61,627 nucleotides of DNA, filler included, from 5 parts of 5 records of this genome joined end to end with filler, not necessarily neighbours in it, one strand, 5' to 3'. Shown: positions 41,701 through 52,163, counted from the whole stretch's first letter. Made by a program: numbers and translations. Notes: generated from the sequence alone by a model not told the origin.

Positions 41701-42461
41701 ATGAAAAAAACAAAACACCAATCGCTCTGGATTGCCTTTTTTGTTCTTCCCGGGCTGACACTGGTCCTCATATTCATCGTGGCCCCCCTGTTCATGTCCA
41801 TGTTCAACAGCCTCTACTCCTGGAAGAGCATTGTCCGCGATCAATTCGTGGGACTCGAAAATTTCTATAAGATCTTTACCCAGTACCCCTACAGAGACCG
41901 CTTTCTCAATGCCGTGGGGAACAATGCGCAGTGGTTCCTTTCCACCATGCTGATTCAGAACTCCCTGGGTATCCTCTTCGGATACCTGTTATATAAGCAG
42001 ATCGCCGGATCGGCCTTCTATCAGAGGATCTTCTTCATCCCCGTCCTTTTTTCCATTGTGGCGGTGGGATTCCTCTGGAGCCTCTATATGAATCCCAATA
42101 TGGGGATCATCAACCGCCTTCTGAAGGATATGGGCCTCCAGTCCTGGACCAGGGCCTGGCTGGGGGATGAGCGGCTGGCCACTCCCAGCATCATCGCCGT
42201 CAATATCTGGCGCTGGGTGGGGTTCCCCACTCTCGTCTTCTACGCCGGATTCAACGCGGTCCCCAAGGAGGTGGTGGAAGCCTCCTATCTGGACGGCATC
42301 GGAGAGGGGAAGATGTTCACCAGGATCATGATCCCCCTGGTTATGCCCTCCCTAATGGTCATCACCGTGCTGACCCTGATCGGAAGCCTCAATGTGTTTG
42401 AGCAGGTCTATACCATGGCAGGATTGGAAGGCGGGCCCTTCTACTCCACCGATACCCTGGG
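41701..42461 (+). CDS. carbohydrate ABC transporter permease, 3' truncated
   Basis: 'FVGLENF', 'WLGD', 'VVEASYLDG'; ATG at 41701. Confidence 0.9.
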
Positions 42462-42561
42462 NNNNNNNNNNNNNNNNNNNNNNNNNNNNNNNNNNNNNNN
42501 NNNNNTTAATTAATTAANNNNNNNNNNNNNNNNNNNNNNNNNNNNNNNNNNNNNNNNNNNN
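42462..42561. other. artificial contig spacer
   Basis: N-TTAATTAATTAA-N. Confidence 0.98.
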
Positions 42562-42854
42562 ATGGAAGAAGTAGAGAAGATGCTTCAAAAAGATATGGAA
42601 GTGGTGGTTTACTAAATGGTAAATATATGATATCACTAACATACAACTGCCCAACTTCAGAGTTTGATGATAAAGAAGGATTCTTTGATGGTTTATCTTT
42701 AGATGAAGCAAATATTGCGGATCATAAAATTTTCCAATTTTGTGGGCTTGAAAAAACTGAAACATTCTCAGTTCATGATATTTTCAAAGGTGATATGACT
42801 TTAGAAGATGAACTAAAAAGATTAGATACAATACTTGAGAATAATTTAAAATAA
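42562..42854 (+). CDS. mdaB: NADPH quinone reductase MdaB, C-terminal fragment (5' truncated)
   Basis: Frame reads GRSREDASKRYGSGGLLNGKYMISLTYNCP...FFDG...HK.FQFCG, the MdaB pattern. Confidence 0.8.
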
Positions 42855-42876
42855 CACTGTTAATTAAAGGATAAAT

Positions 42877-43506
42877 ATGGAAAAAACATTTATAGAAGCA
42901 ATGGATTTTAGACATGCTTGTAAAGTTTTTGATGAAACTAAAAAAATATCTGATGTAGATATGACTTATATTTTAGAAGCAGGTAGAAAGTCTCCTTCAT
43001 CTTTTGGTATGGAACCATGGAAATTTTTAGTTATTACAAACGATGAAATGAAAGCAAAACTAAAACCTTTTTGTTGGGATCAACCACAAATAACAACTTG
43101 CTCTCATCTTGTTATTATTCTTGCAGCAATTGAAAATGTAAAACCAGAATCAGGTGTTCCAAGAAAAAAATTTGGTAGAAGAGAGATGCCTGAAGAGAAA
43201 TACGACTTTTATCTAGAACTTTATGCAAACCATTTAGCTAAAACATTAAGTAGTGATGAAAATGTATATTCATGGACTGCAAGACAAACATATATTGCTG
43301 CTGGAAATATGATGACAGCTGCAGCAATAAAAGGAATTGATTCTTGTCCAATTGAAGGTTTTGAAAAAGAAAAAGTTGAAGAGGCTTTAGGTCTTGATAC
43401 TACTAAATATCAATTATCTTTAGTTTTACCTTTTGGATATAGAACTAATCCACAATCTGAACAACAAAGAGAAAACTTAGAGGGTGTTGTAGAATATATT
43501 AAATAG
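42877..43506 (+). CDS. NAD(P)H nitroreductase (NfsB/RdxA-like)
   Basis: 'RHACKVFD', 'SPSSFGMEPWKF', 'IDSCPIEGF'. Confidence 0.93.
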   Translation: MEKTFIEAMDFRHACKVFDETKKISDVDMTYILEAGRKSPSSFGMEPWKFLVITNDEMKAKLKPFCWDQPQITTCSHLVIILAAIENVKPESGVPRKKFGRREMPEEKYDFYLELYANHLAKTLSSDENVYSWTARQTYIAAGNMMTAAAIKGIDSCPIEGFEKEKVEEALGLDTTKYQLSLVLPFGYRTNPQSEQQRENLEGVVEYIK

Positions 43507-43524
43507 TCTCTAGAAGGAATAACA

Positions 43525-44556
43525 ATGAGTTTACTATTAAGTCCTGGCAATATTGGTAATTGTCAATTTAAAAATAGAGTTGTTATGCCTCCAATGTGTA
43601 TGTATAAAAGTGATGAAAGTGGGAAGCTTAAACCTTTTCATTTTTTTCACTATACAGCAAGGGCAATTGGTGGTGTAGGTTTAATAATAGTCGAAGCAAC
43701 TGCTGTTGAACCAAGAGGAAGAATTTCAAGTAATGATTTAGGTCTTTGGGATGACTCACAAATTCAAGGGCATAAAGAACTTGTAAATCAAACTCATGAG
43801 TTTGGTTCTAAAATTGCAATACAATTGGCTCATGCGGGTAGAAAAAGTGTTGTAAAACACTCAATCCCTGTTGCACCGACATCTTTGGCTTTTGATATAG
43901 AAGAGCCTTTTAAGATACCACATAGTTTAAGTCTAAACGAAATATCACAAATAAAAGATTACTTTATTGAATCTGCTAAAAGAGCAGAGGAAGCTGGATA
44001 TGATGTATTAGAACTTCATGCTGCACATGGTTATTTACTTTGTGAATTTTTATCTCCTTTAAGTAATAAAAGAGATGATAGTTATGGTGGAAGTATAGAA
44101 AATAGATGTAGATTAACTTTAGAGATAGCAAAACAGCTAAAAGAGGAGATTTCTTTACCTTTAATAGTAAGAATATCTGCAAGTGAATGGAAAAATGGTG
44201 GTTGGGATATTGATGATTCAATCTATTTATCAAAACAATTAGAAAAAATTGGAGTAGATTCTATTCATGTATCAGCTGGTGGTAATCAAAAAGATGTTGA
44301 TTCTATGCCAAAACTTTTGCCTTTATATCAGTGTGATTATGCAAAAAAAATAAAAGAGAATGTAACTATCCCAGTAATTGCTGTTGGATTAATCACAACA
44401 CCTAAACAAGGTGAGATTTTAATAGAAGAAAAAACTTGTGATTTTGTTGCTTATGGAAGAGAACTTTTACGAAATTCAAATATTGTTTATGATGCAGCAA
44501 AAGAGTTTAAAAAACTTGATTTAATAGATAAGTCATATCAAAGAGCTTATTATTAG
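43525..44556 (+). CDS. NADH:flavin oxidoreductase / old yellow enzyme (NamA/YqjM-like)
   Basis: 'NRVVMPPMCMY', 'QLAHAGRK', 'HAAHGYL', 'YGGSIENR', 'GRELLRN'. Confidence 0.92.
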   Translation: MSLLLSPGNIGNCQFKNRVVMPPMCMYKSDESGKLKPFHFFHYTARAIGGVGLIIVEATAVEPRGRISSNDLGLWDDSQIQGHKELVNQTHEFGSKIAIQLAHAGRKSVVKHSIPVAPTSLAFDIEEPFKIPHSLSLNEISQIKDYFIESAKRAEEAGYDVLELHAAHGYLLCEFLSPLSNKRDDSYGGSIENRCRLTLEIAKQLKEEISLPLIVRISASEWKNGGWDIDDSIYLSKQLEKIGVDSIHVSAGGNQKDVDSMPKLLPLYQCDYAKKIKENVTIPVIAVGLITTPKQGEILIEEKTCDFVAYGRELLRNSNIVYDAAKEFKKLDLIDKSYQRAYY

Positions 44557-44579
44557 AAGAGGCTTTAATAGCTTCTTCT
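44555..44579. terminator. putative bidirectional terminator at convergent gene ends
   Basis: AGAAGAGGCT-ttaat-AGCTTCTTCT. Confidence 0.45.
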
Positions 44580-45719
44580 CTCCTCAATCATAATCTTTTT
44601 ATACAAACCTACAAATATAACAATAAGAAATAAAGAGATTCCCACTATTTCAAAGAAGTTTTGAATCCCCACAAACTTTACAATAGGGTGAAATGCAATA
44701 GGTGAGAAAAACTGACCTAAAAACAATGAACCTGTCAAATAGCCTGATGCTTTTACCCTTTTTTCAAAGGTTGTTTTACTTAACATCCAAGCTGTGATAT
44801 TTGTCATCATAATACCACCACCAAAACCTAAAATTGGTCCAGTGATATAAAACAAATGAACATCTCTTACAAATCCTACAGCTGTAAATCCAAGTGCAAC
44901 TATTGTAAGTCCAATAGTATAAATAGTGGAAAAATCATATCTCTTTTTTAGTTTTGAAAAAGTAATAGCACCTAAAGCATTTGATAAAAAAGCTAAAGCA
45001 ATGATAGAGCCTGCCATTTTACCACTTGCACCAAAGTGATTGATTATTAAAAAAGGTATTTGAGTAGGTAATACAAAGAAAATAAGCATATAAAAGAAAG
45101 CTAAAAAATAGATTCCTATTAGATTTTGTGGAATTATCATATCTTCATTTGTTTTGTTAACTTTTTTAGGTACTTCATATAAGAAAAACATTGCCATAGG
45201 AAGTAGCAAAAATCCTAAAAAATATATTCCAAAAGGTAATCTCCAACTTATATCAGATAAAAACCCTCCACCAAATACAAAGAATACTCCACCAACTGCC
45301 ATAAAAGCACTTTGGTAACCCATAAACTTATGCCTTTGCTCCTCTTTAAAATAATCTCCAACTAAAGAGGTTGTAACAATCATTAATGTTGATATTGCAA
45401 TTCCAAAAACAGCTCTTGAGATTAAAAAGTACTCTATTTTGTTTAAATATAATCCAGCAGTTCCTGCAAAACCAAAAATACATAATGCAATTAGTGCTGA
45501 GTTCTTTTTACCTATTTTGAAAACCAGATGTCCCACAAAAGGTGCAAGTATAGCAATAACTAAAGATGGTAATGTAAGTATTAATCTTGAATAAAACTCT
45601 ATATTTTCAACATCTTTAAAATAGTTCTGAAGCCTAGGAAGGGCAGTTACAATAGCTACATTTGACATAAGAGTTGTCATAGATAATAAAAGTAGTGTAA
45701 GTATTGCAGTTTTTTTTAT
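44565..45719 (-). CDS. MFS transporter
   Basis: Hydrophobic pattern consistent with 12 TM helices. The frame stays open upstream of ATG 45680 to an ATA at 45719 that lies 6 nt after AAGGA. Confidence 0.85.
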   Translation of the reverse strand: MKKTAILTLLLLSMTTLMSNVAIVTALPRLQNYFKDVENIEFYSRLILTLPSLVIAILAPFVGHLVFKIGKKNSALIALCIFGFAGTAGLYLNKIEYFLISRAVFGIAISTLMIVTTSLVGDYFKEEQRHKFMGYQSAFMAVGGVFFVFGGGFLSDISWRLPFGIYFLGFLLLPMAMFFLYEVPKKVNKTNEDMIIPQNLIGIYFLAFFYMLIFFVLPTQIPFLIINHFGASGKMAGSIIALAFLSNALGAITFSKLKKRYDFSTIYTIGLTIVALGFTAVGFVRDVHLFYITGPILGFGGGIMMTNITAWMLSKTTFEKRVKASGYLTGSLFLGQFFSPIAFHPIVKFVGIQNFFEIVGISLFLIVIFVGLYKKIMIEERRSY

Positions 45720-45795
45720 TTTTTATCCTTCACTTAAAAAATTTTATAATTTTTTATTCTAGCAGAATATCTTTTATATTCAATTACTTTTGTTA

Positions 45796-45804
45796 TGTTA
45801 TAAT
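45796..45804 (+). promoter_or_regulatory. extended -10 promoter for thiI
   Basis: TGTTATAAT about 30 nt upstream of the start. Confidence 0.55.
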
Positions 45805-45834
45805 TCGACAATTTAAATAAAGGCTTGTTAGGTA

Positions 45835-47295
45835 ATGATAGAACAGAAAGTTAAAACTCAGAAATTTATAGTTAAATTCTTTCCAGAAATTATGATAAAA
45901 GGAACAAAAGCAAAAAGACAAATGGTCGATCAGCTTTTTGCCAATATCAAAAAAATATTAAATAGAATTTCTGAGAATATAGAGTATAAAAAACTTTTTG
46001 ACAAAATAGAAGTAGTTTGTCCAATTGATGTAGTTGTTGAAGTAAGATTAAAACTTTTAGAAACACCAGGTATTGAACTTGTATTAGAAGCTTTACAGTT
46101 TGATGATATCTCAACAATTGACCAAATGAAAGTTATAGTTAATGAGCAAATGGCAAAAGATATTCAAAATAAATCTTTTGTTGTAAGAGCAAAAAGAACA
46201 GGACAACAAGAGTTTAAGTCCTTAGATATGGAAAGAACTATTGGTGGGTATATGTTAGCTAATAACCCAAATAGTAAAGTTGATTTAAAAACTCCAGAGG
46301 TTACTATTAAAATTGAGCTTATTCATAAGCAATTAAATATTATTACAAACAGATACAAAGGTCTTTCAGGTTTTCCTATTGGTACACAAGGTGCTATTCT
46401 TTCTTTAATGTCTGGTGGTTTTGATTCTACAGTTGCAAGTTATCTTACAATGAAAAGAGGAGTTCAAACTCACTTTATATTCTTTAATCTTGGTGGGATT
46501 GCCCATGAGATTGGTGTTAAACAAGTAGCTTACTATCTGTGGAATAAATTTGGTTCTTCACATAAAGTATCTTTTATTTCTGTACCTTTTGATGATGTAG
46601 TTACTGAAATATTTAATTCCACTAGTGAATCATATATGGGAGTTACTCTTAAAAGATTAATGTTAATGGCATCTGAAAAGATTGCTAATAAATTAAAAAT
46701 CGATGCTTTATTAACAGGTGAAAGTGTTGCACAAGTATCAAGTCAAACATTAAGAAACTTAGCACTTATTGACCAAGTAACTAATAAACTTGTATTAAGA
46801 CCTTTATCAACAATGAACAAACCTGAGATTATGGATATAGCAAATGAGATTGGTACAAGAAGATTTGCTGAAGCTATGCCTGAATATTGTGGTGTAATAT
46901 CAAAAAATCCAGTTACTCATGGTTCATTTGATAGAATGGAAAAAGAAGCTAAAAAGTTCAATTATGATGTTTTAGAAAAAGCAGTAGAAAATGCAGTACA
47001 AATCAATGTTGATGAAGTTGATGTTGATGTTAATGATATTGGTCAAGTTGAGATTGTAAATGATATCTCAAGTGGAAACTATACTGTAATTGATATTAGG
47101 CAAAATGATGAATGCATTGAAACCTGTTGTGAAACACTTAAAATTCCATTTTATAAATTAAAATCAGAGTTTGAAAAGTTACCAAAAGAAAAAGAGTATC
47201 TTTTTTATTGTGAGAAAGGGATATTAAGCCAGTTACATGCACAGTATTTAATAGATTCTAAAGGGTATAAAAATATAAGGGTTTACAGACCGTAA
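45835..47295 (+). CDS. thiI: tRNA 4-thiouridine synthase ThiI with C-terminal rhodanese domain
   Basis: THUMP domain, PP-loop 'SGGFDS', 'GESVAQVSSQT', 'MPEYCG', rhodanese 'FYCEKG'. Confidence 0.95.
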   Translation: MIEQKVKTQKFIVKFFPEIMIKGTKAKRQMVDQLFANIKKILNRISENIEYKKLFDKIEVVCPIDVVVEVRLKLLETPGIELVLEALQFDDISTIDQMKVIVNEQMAKDIQNKSFVVRAKRTGQQEFKSLDMERTIGGYMLANNPNSKVDLKTPEVTIKIELIHKQLNIITNRYKGLSGFPIGTQGAILSLMSGGFDSTVASYLTMKRGVQTHFIFFNLGGIAHEIGVKQVAYYLWNKFGSSHKVSFISVPFDDVVTEIFNSTSESYMGVTLKRLMLMASEKIANKLKIDALLTGESVAQVSSQTLRNLALIDQVTNKLVLRPLSTMNKPEIMDIANEIGTRRFAEAMPEYCGVISKNPVTHGSFDRMEKEAKKFNYDVLEKAVENAVQINVDEVDVDVNDIGQVEIVNDISSGNYTVIDIRQNDECIETCCETLKIPFYKLKSEFEKLPKEKEYLFYCEKGILSQLHAQYLIDSKGYKNIRVYRP

Positions 47296-47356
47296 CCTCT
47301 TTTTTTATATAATTTCCTTTTAGAGTATATTTTTTTAATACAATAAATAATAACTT

Positions 47357-48421
47357 ATGGAGGAAATTATGTCTGAATTTAATAGTGGGAAAGTTAGTAG
47401 CTTTCCAAGGTTTTTAGTAATATTATCACTTCCCTTAACTCTTTTTGTTTTACTTCTTTTAGGGTTTTTAAATATTATTCCATTAAAAGTTGAGTTACAC
47501 TCGACTATTATTATCTTTTTTATACTACTTATTTTTCTTTTTTTTATAGCACACAATGCTTGGTATAGTTTTGCAATACTCAGAAATAAAATTGTTGATT
47601 CAAGAAATGAGTTAGATGATTACTTAGATTCAAAAAAGATTACATTAAATGATACAACAAAATCTTATGCATCGTTAGATAAGTATTTCAAAAGTTTTTT
47701 ACGAGATTTGAGAAATGACAACTTCGCAAATATAGCTGCTTCTATTTTCCCAACACTTGGTATTTTAGGAACTTTTACAGCTATAGCAATATCAATGCCA
47801 AATTTTACAGTTGATTCAAAACAAGCTTTAGAAAATGAAATAACACTACTTTTAAGTGGAGTAGGGACTGCATTTTATGCTTCAATATATGGAATATTCT
47901 TATCTATTTGGTGGGTGTTTTTTGAAAAAAGAGGATTAACAAAAGTTGATGCAGAGATAAATTATCTAAAAGATAGTTACAAAGATTCAATCTGGACAAA
48001 AGAGGAACTTGAGATTGCAAAAATATTAGAAACTCAAAAAGAGAGTTTCTCAAATAAATTAGAGTCTTTATTAACACCTGAATTTATTTTTAAAATGGAT
48101 GATATGATAAAAAATAAGCTTGAACATCTAGAAGAGATAAATAAAGCTTTTATAACACTAGAAAATAAAGTTTCGAATAGTTATATGAGTTATTCTACTA
48201 TGTTTGAAAAAACAGCCCAAGTTCATGAAAAGTTTAATGAAAATCTAGAATCAATAGAAAAAAATATAAAGCAGATAAATGAGAGTTTTGAAAAGAGTTT
48301 AGAAAACCAAAACAATAATCAAAAAGCGATAAAAGCAGAAACATATTCTGTATTATCTTCATTGGAATTAGTTTCAAGCGATTTAAAAGAGCTTGGGAAA
48401 GATTTGTTAAATGGAAAATAA
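47357..48421 (+). CDS. MotA/TolQ/ExbB-family membrane protein (ZorA-like) with helical C-terminal tail
   Basis: 'FPTLGILGTF' and 'GVGTAFYASIYGI' TM motifs followed by a long charged helical region. Confidence 0.75.
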   Translation: MEEIMSEFNSGKVSSFPRFLVILSLPLTLFVLLLLGFLNIIPLKVELHSTIIIFFILLIFLFFIAHNAWYSFAILRNKIVDSRNELDDYLDSKKITLNDTTKSYASLDKYFKSFLRDLRNDNFANIAASIFPTLGILGTFTAIAISMPNFTVDSKQALENEITLLLSGVGTAFYASIYGIFLSIWWVFFEKRGLTKVDAEINYLKDSYKDSIWTKEELEIAKILETQKESFSNKLESLLTPEFIFKMDDMIKNKLEHLEEINKAFITLENKVSNSYMSYSTMFEKTAQVHEKFNENLESIEKNIKQINESFEKSLENQNNNQKAIKAETYSVLSSLELVSSDLKELGKDLLNGK

Positions 48422-49628
48422 AGACAATAACTCCAATTTTTGGATATCTTATGCTGATTTGATGGCAGGTTTACTTTTTGTATTTATACTTTTGATTGGT
48501 GCAATTATTGTAAAGTATACTCTTCTGCAAAGTGAAAGTGATTTGTTAGAGGAAACTTTACAAAAAGAGAAAATTGCATTAGAGAAGAATAAAAAAGAGT
48601 TAGAACAAAAAGAGATGAAACTCAAAAATATTATAACAGAGTTAGAAACAAGTAAAAACTCTGTTGATGAACTGACAAAATCAAAAGATGTGCTAAAAAA
48701 GAGATTGCAAGATAGAATTTTAGAAAATGAGCAATTAAAACTTTCAATTGAAGAGAAAACTAAAAAGTTAGAAAATACGCAAGATAAATTAGAACTTTTT
48801 ATTTTATCAAAAAAACAGATGGAAGATAAGTTAAAAGAACTTGATAAAGAGAAAAAAGAGTTGTTAACTAATCTAAATAGCCTAAAAGAAACAATAATCT
48901 TAAAAGAAGAGGAGTTTGAACAACTATCTAACAAAACAAAAGAGCAACTTGAGCAATTGGTTTCTAAAAATCTAGAAAAAGAGAAATTGATTGAACTATT
49001 TAAAAAGAAAAATCAAGAGCTTGAAGATGAGATGAAAGTGATTCAAGCAAAGCTTGAAAATACTGAAGAGGAACATAATCTTCTAGCCAAAGAATTAGAA
49101 TCAACAAAAACAAAAATCAAAAACTTAACAGGTATAAAAATAAAAGTAATTACACTTCTAAAAGATAAGTTGGGTGAAAATATAAATATAGACTCAAAAA
49201 GTGGAAATCTAAGTTTATCTTCAAATGTATTGTTTGATGAAGGAAAGTCTTCATTGAAACCAAGTTCAAAGGTTTTTTTGAAAAATGCAGTATATGATTA
49301 CTTTCAAACAATTTTAGAAAATGATGAGATAAATAAGTTTATAGATACAATAGTTATAGAAGGGCATACAAACTCTGTTGGTGGCTTTTTATATAATCTA
49401 GATTTATCTCAAAAAAGAGCATATTCTGTTATGGACTTCTTATTATCACTTGATTTTAAAAACAAAGAGAAGTTAAGACAGCTAGTTGTTGCAAGTGGTA
49501 GGTCATATTTAGATCCAATCTATGATAAAGATCGAAATGAAGATAAGGAAGCTTCAAGAAGAATTGAGATTAAACTAAATATTAAAAATGAAGAAGCTAT
49601 AAAAGAGATAGCAAATATCTTAAAATAG
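48411..49628 (+). CDS. MotB/OmpA-family protein (ZorB-like) with long coiled coil
   Basis: 'FWISYADLMAGLLFVFIL' TM with the conserved Asp, roughly 200-aa E/K/L-rich coiled coil, OmpA domain 'IEGHTNS...NLDLSQKRA...SRRIEI'. Confidence 0.82.
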   Translation: MENKDNNSNFWISYADLMAGLLFVFILLIGAIIVKYTLLQSESDLLEETLQKEKIALEKNKKELEQKEMKLKNIITELETSKNSVDELTKSKDVLKKRLQDRILENEQLKLSIEEKTKKLENTQDKLELFILSKKQMEDKLKELDKEKKELLTNLNSLKETIILKEEEFEQLSNKTKEQLEQLVSKNLEKEKLIELFKKKNQELEDEMKVIQAKLENTEEEHNLLAKELESTKTKIKNLTGIKIKVITLLKDKLGENINIDSKSGNLSLSSNVLFDEGKSSLKPSSKVFLKNAVYDYFQTILENDEINKFIDTIVIEGHTNSVGGFLYNLDLSQKRAYSVMDFLLSLDFKNKEKLRQLVVASGRSYLDPIYDKDRNEDKEASRRIEIKLNIKNEEAIKEIANILK

Positions 49629-49696
49629 ATATTTGCTGAGATTGTTTAGAGTTTTGTGTCAAAAAGTACAGGTTGTTGAACTTAATCTTCAGTAGT

Positions 49697-49796
49697 NNNN
49701 NNNNNNNNNNNNNNNNNNNNNNNNNNNNNNNNNNNNNNNNTTAATTAATTAANNNNNNNNNNNNNNNNNNNNNNNNNNNNNNNNNNNNNNNNNNNN
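49697..49796. other. artificial contig spacer
   Basis: N-TTAATTAATTAA-N. Confidence 0.98.
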
Positions 49797-50706
49797 TCTT
49801 TTCAGCGGCAAGGGGGGCGTGGGCAAGACCACCCTGGCATCGGCTGCTTCGCTCAACATGGCCCAAAGGCACCCGGACAAAAAGATATTGCTCTTTTCCA
49901 CCGACCCCGCTCACTCCCTTTCGGATGCCTTTGACATTCCCATCGGCAACCGCATCACTCCCATAGAGGGGGCAGGCAACAATCTCTTTGCGCTGGAAAT
50001 TAATCCGGACATACTCTGGAGCCGGTTTAAAGAAACCTTCAAACAGGATATGGCAGACCTCTTTGACCATTTTCTGGGTGGCAAAGCGGATATCCGGTTC
50101 GATCGCCGGGTCATGACCGAAATGCTCGAAATGGCCCCGCCGGGGCTGGATGAAATCATGGCCCTTGATAAAATGATGGATTTGCGAAAAGAGAACCGAT
50201 TTGATATGTTCGTCTTGGACACATCTCCCACCGGCCACCTCCTGCGCTTTCTGGAACTGCCCCACCTGGTCAGGCAATGGTTAAAGGCGTTTTTCAGGCT
50301 TCTGATTAAATATAAAGGGGTGGTTCGTTTGGCCGGCGCCGCGGAAAAGGCGCTGAGCCTTTCGAAAAATGTGCGAAAAATCCAGGAAACCCTTGTGAAT
50401 TCGGAAAAAACACGGTTTATAAGCGTCACCATTGCGGAGCGTATGGGGTTCCTGGAACTGGATCGTCTCATGAAGGTCCTTGAAAAAGCAAATCTGCCGT
50501 GCGAACATATCATCGTCAACATGGTTCTCCCCCGGACGGATTGTGGGTTCTGCGCCCATAAACACATGGAACAACAGAGCTGCCTTCAAGAAATTCACAC
50601 GCGGTTTCATTCACAAACCGTTGTGCGGGCGCCTCTCTTTCCCCATCCTGTTCGTGGAACGATCCATCTCAAAGAAATCAGTGACCTTGTGTTCCGCGGG
50701 AAATAA
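49797..50706 (+). CDS. ArsA/Get3 family ATPase, 5' truncated
   Basis: 'FSGKGGVGKTT', 'STDPAHSLSD', 'PGLDE', 'DTSPTGHLLRFL', 'CGFC'. Confidence 0.9.
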
Positions 50707-50711
50707 AGATA

Positions 50712-52121
50712 ATGGCTAAAAAAAGGAAAATACTGTTGGTGGATGATGAAATGGATTTTCTTTGGCTTACGACCCGCATGCTGGAAAAAGCCGATTATGA
50801 GGTGCTTCAGGCCCGGAACGGAGAAGAAGCCCTCACGTATTTTGAAAAGAAGATCCCCGACCTGGTCCTCATGGACTATTGCATGCCGGGGAAAGACGGC
50901 CTGGAAACAAGTCTTCAAATGAAGCGGATTCATCCCGAAATTCCCATTGTCATCATCACAGGATATGCAGAGATCAGAATTGCGGTGAATTCCATGAAAG
51001 CGGGGGTTTACGATTATGTGACCAAACCCCTGAACCCGGACGATTTTCTGTTCACCATTCAGAGGGCCCTGGAAAAAACCGCACTTGAACAGGAAGTGCG
51101 GCATTTGAAACAGATGCTGAATGATCGGGCGCCCCTCCATGAGCGGATGGGACCCAGCCATGCCATTCAAAACCTGGTACAGCACGTTGAAAAAGTAGCG
51201 CCGACCCCCTTCACGGTTCTCATAGAGGGAGAAAGCGGTACGGGAAAAGAGCTTGTTGCCGGTGCCATTCACCATCAGAGCCAGGTCAAAGACGGCCCCT
51301 TTGTGGCGGTGGATTGCGGCGCCATTCCCGAAGCCCTCATTGAAAGCGAGCTGTTCGGCTATCATAAGGGTGCTTTCACGGATGCCCATACGGATAAAAT
51401 GGGACATTTCGAAATGGCGGACGGCGGGACCCTGTTCCTGGACGAAGTGGGAAATCTCTCATACCCGGTACAACGGAAGCTCCTTCGCGCCATTCAGGAA
51501 CGGAAGATTCAGCGGTTGGGGGGTGGAGAACCGACGTCCGTTTCAACCCGAATCGTGGCCGCCACCAACCAACCGCTGAAGGAAGATGTAAAATCCGGCC
51601 GATTTCGATCGGACCTCTACTTTCGCCTCAATGAATTCACCATTATACTTCCCCCTCTCAGGGAAAGGGTGGACGATATCCCCTATCTGGCCGTAAAATT
51701 TAAAAATGAAGTGGAAAAAGAGCTGAACAAGAAATGCGGCGGGTTTTCCCCGGGAGCGCTACGGATCTTATCATCCTATTCATGGCCGGGAAATGTTCGG
51801 GAACTGCGCAACGCCATCCGCCAAAGTGTGCTGCTCTGCGAGAAACATATGGCCATAGCGCCGGAACACCTGGCCTTCAGCGCGAATTACCCAACAGGGC
51901 CCCCGGAAAAGAGCCCCATGTATCCCCATGACGGCAGTGAACCGCTCATTAAAACCGTCAGCCGCATTGTAAACGAGGTCGAGAAAAATGCCATCCGGGA
52001 GACACTCACCCGGATGAAAGGCAATAAAAGCGAAACCGCCAGACGGCTCAGAATTGATTACAAAACCCTGCTTCGAAAAATCAAAAAGCACCGGATCGCC
52101 AGTAATCCTTCCATTACATGA
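50712..52121 (+). CDS. sigma54-dependent response regulator (NtrC family)
   Basis: REC ('VDDE', 'MDYCMP'), AAA+ ('GESGTGKE', 'GAFTDA', 'FLDEV', 'WPGNVREL'), Fis-type HTH. Confidence 0.95.
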   Translation: MAKKRKILLVDDEMDFLWLTTRMLEKADYEVLQARNGEEALTYFEKKIPDLVLMDYCMPGKDGLETSLQMKRIHPEIPIVIITGYAEIRIAVNSMKAGVYDYVTKPLNPDDFLFTIQRALEKTALEQEVRHLKQMLNDRAPLHERMGPSHAIQNLVQHVEKVAPTPFTVLIEGESGTGKELVAGAIHHQSQVKDGPFVAVDCGAIPEALIESELFGYHKGAFTDAHTDKMGHFEMADGGTLFLDEVGNLSYPVQRKLLRAIQERKIQRLGGGEPTSVSTRIVAATNQPLKEDVKSGRFRSDLYFRLNEFTIILPPLRERVDDIPYLAVKFKNEVEKELNKKCGGFSPGALRILSSYSWPGNVRELRNAIRQSVLLCEKHMAIAPEHLAFSANYPTGPPEKSPMYPHDGSEPLIKTVSRIVNEVEKNAIRETLTRMKGNKSETARRLRIDYKTLLRKIKKHRIASNPSIT

Positions 52122-52163
52122 CAACCGCTTTTTTCATGGCCGGGATTCCTCTTTCCTGATTTA

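Noticed and set aside
42562..44556. mdaB, nitroreductase and old yellow enzyme cluster as a novel system
   Set aside because: A common flavin-dependent quinone/electrophile detoxification grouping.
6911..49796. Four TTAATTAATTAA elements flanked by N-runs, and any gene linkage across them
   Set aside because: Artificial spacers joining contigs of different composition; cross-contig associations (for example selD with yeeE, or the nitrate-type MCP with hcp) are not biological evidence.
50607..51407. 266-aa minus-strand ORF
   Set aside because: Typical antisense shadow of a sigma54 activator gene.
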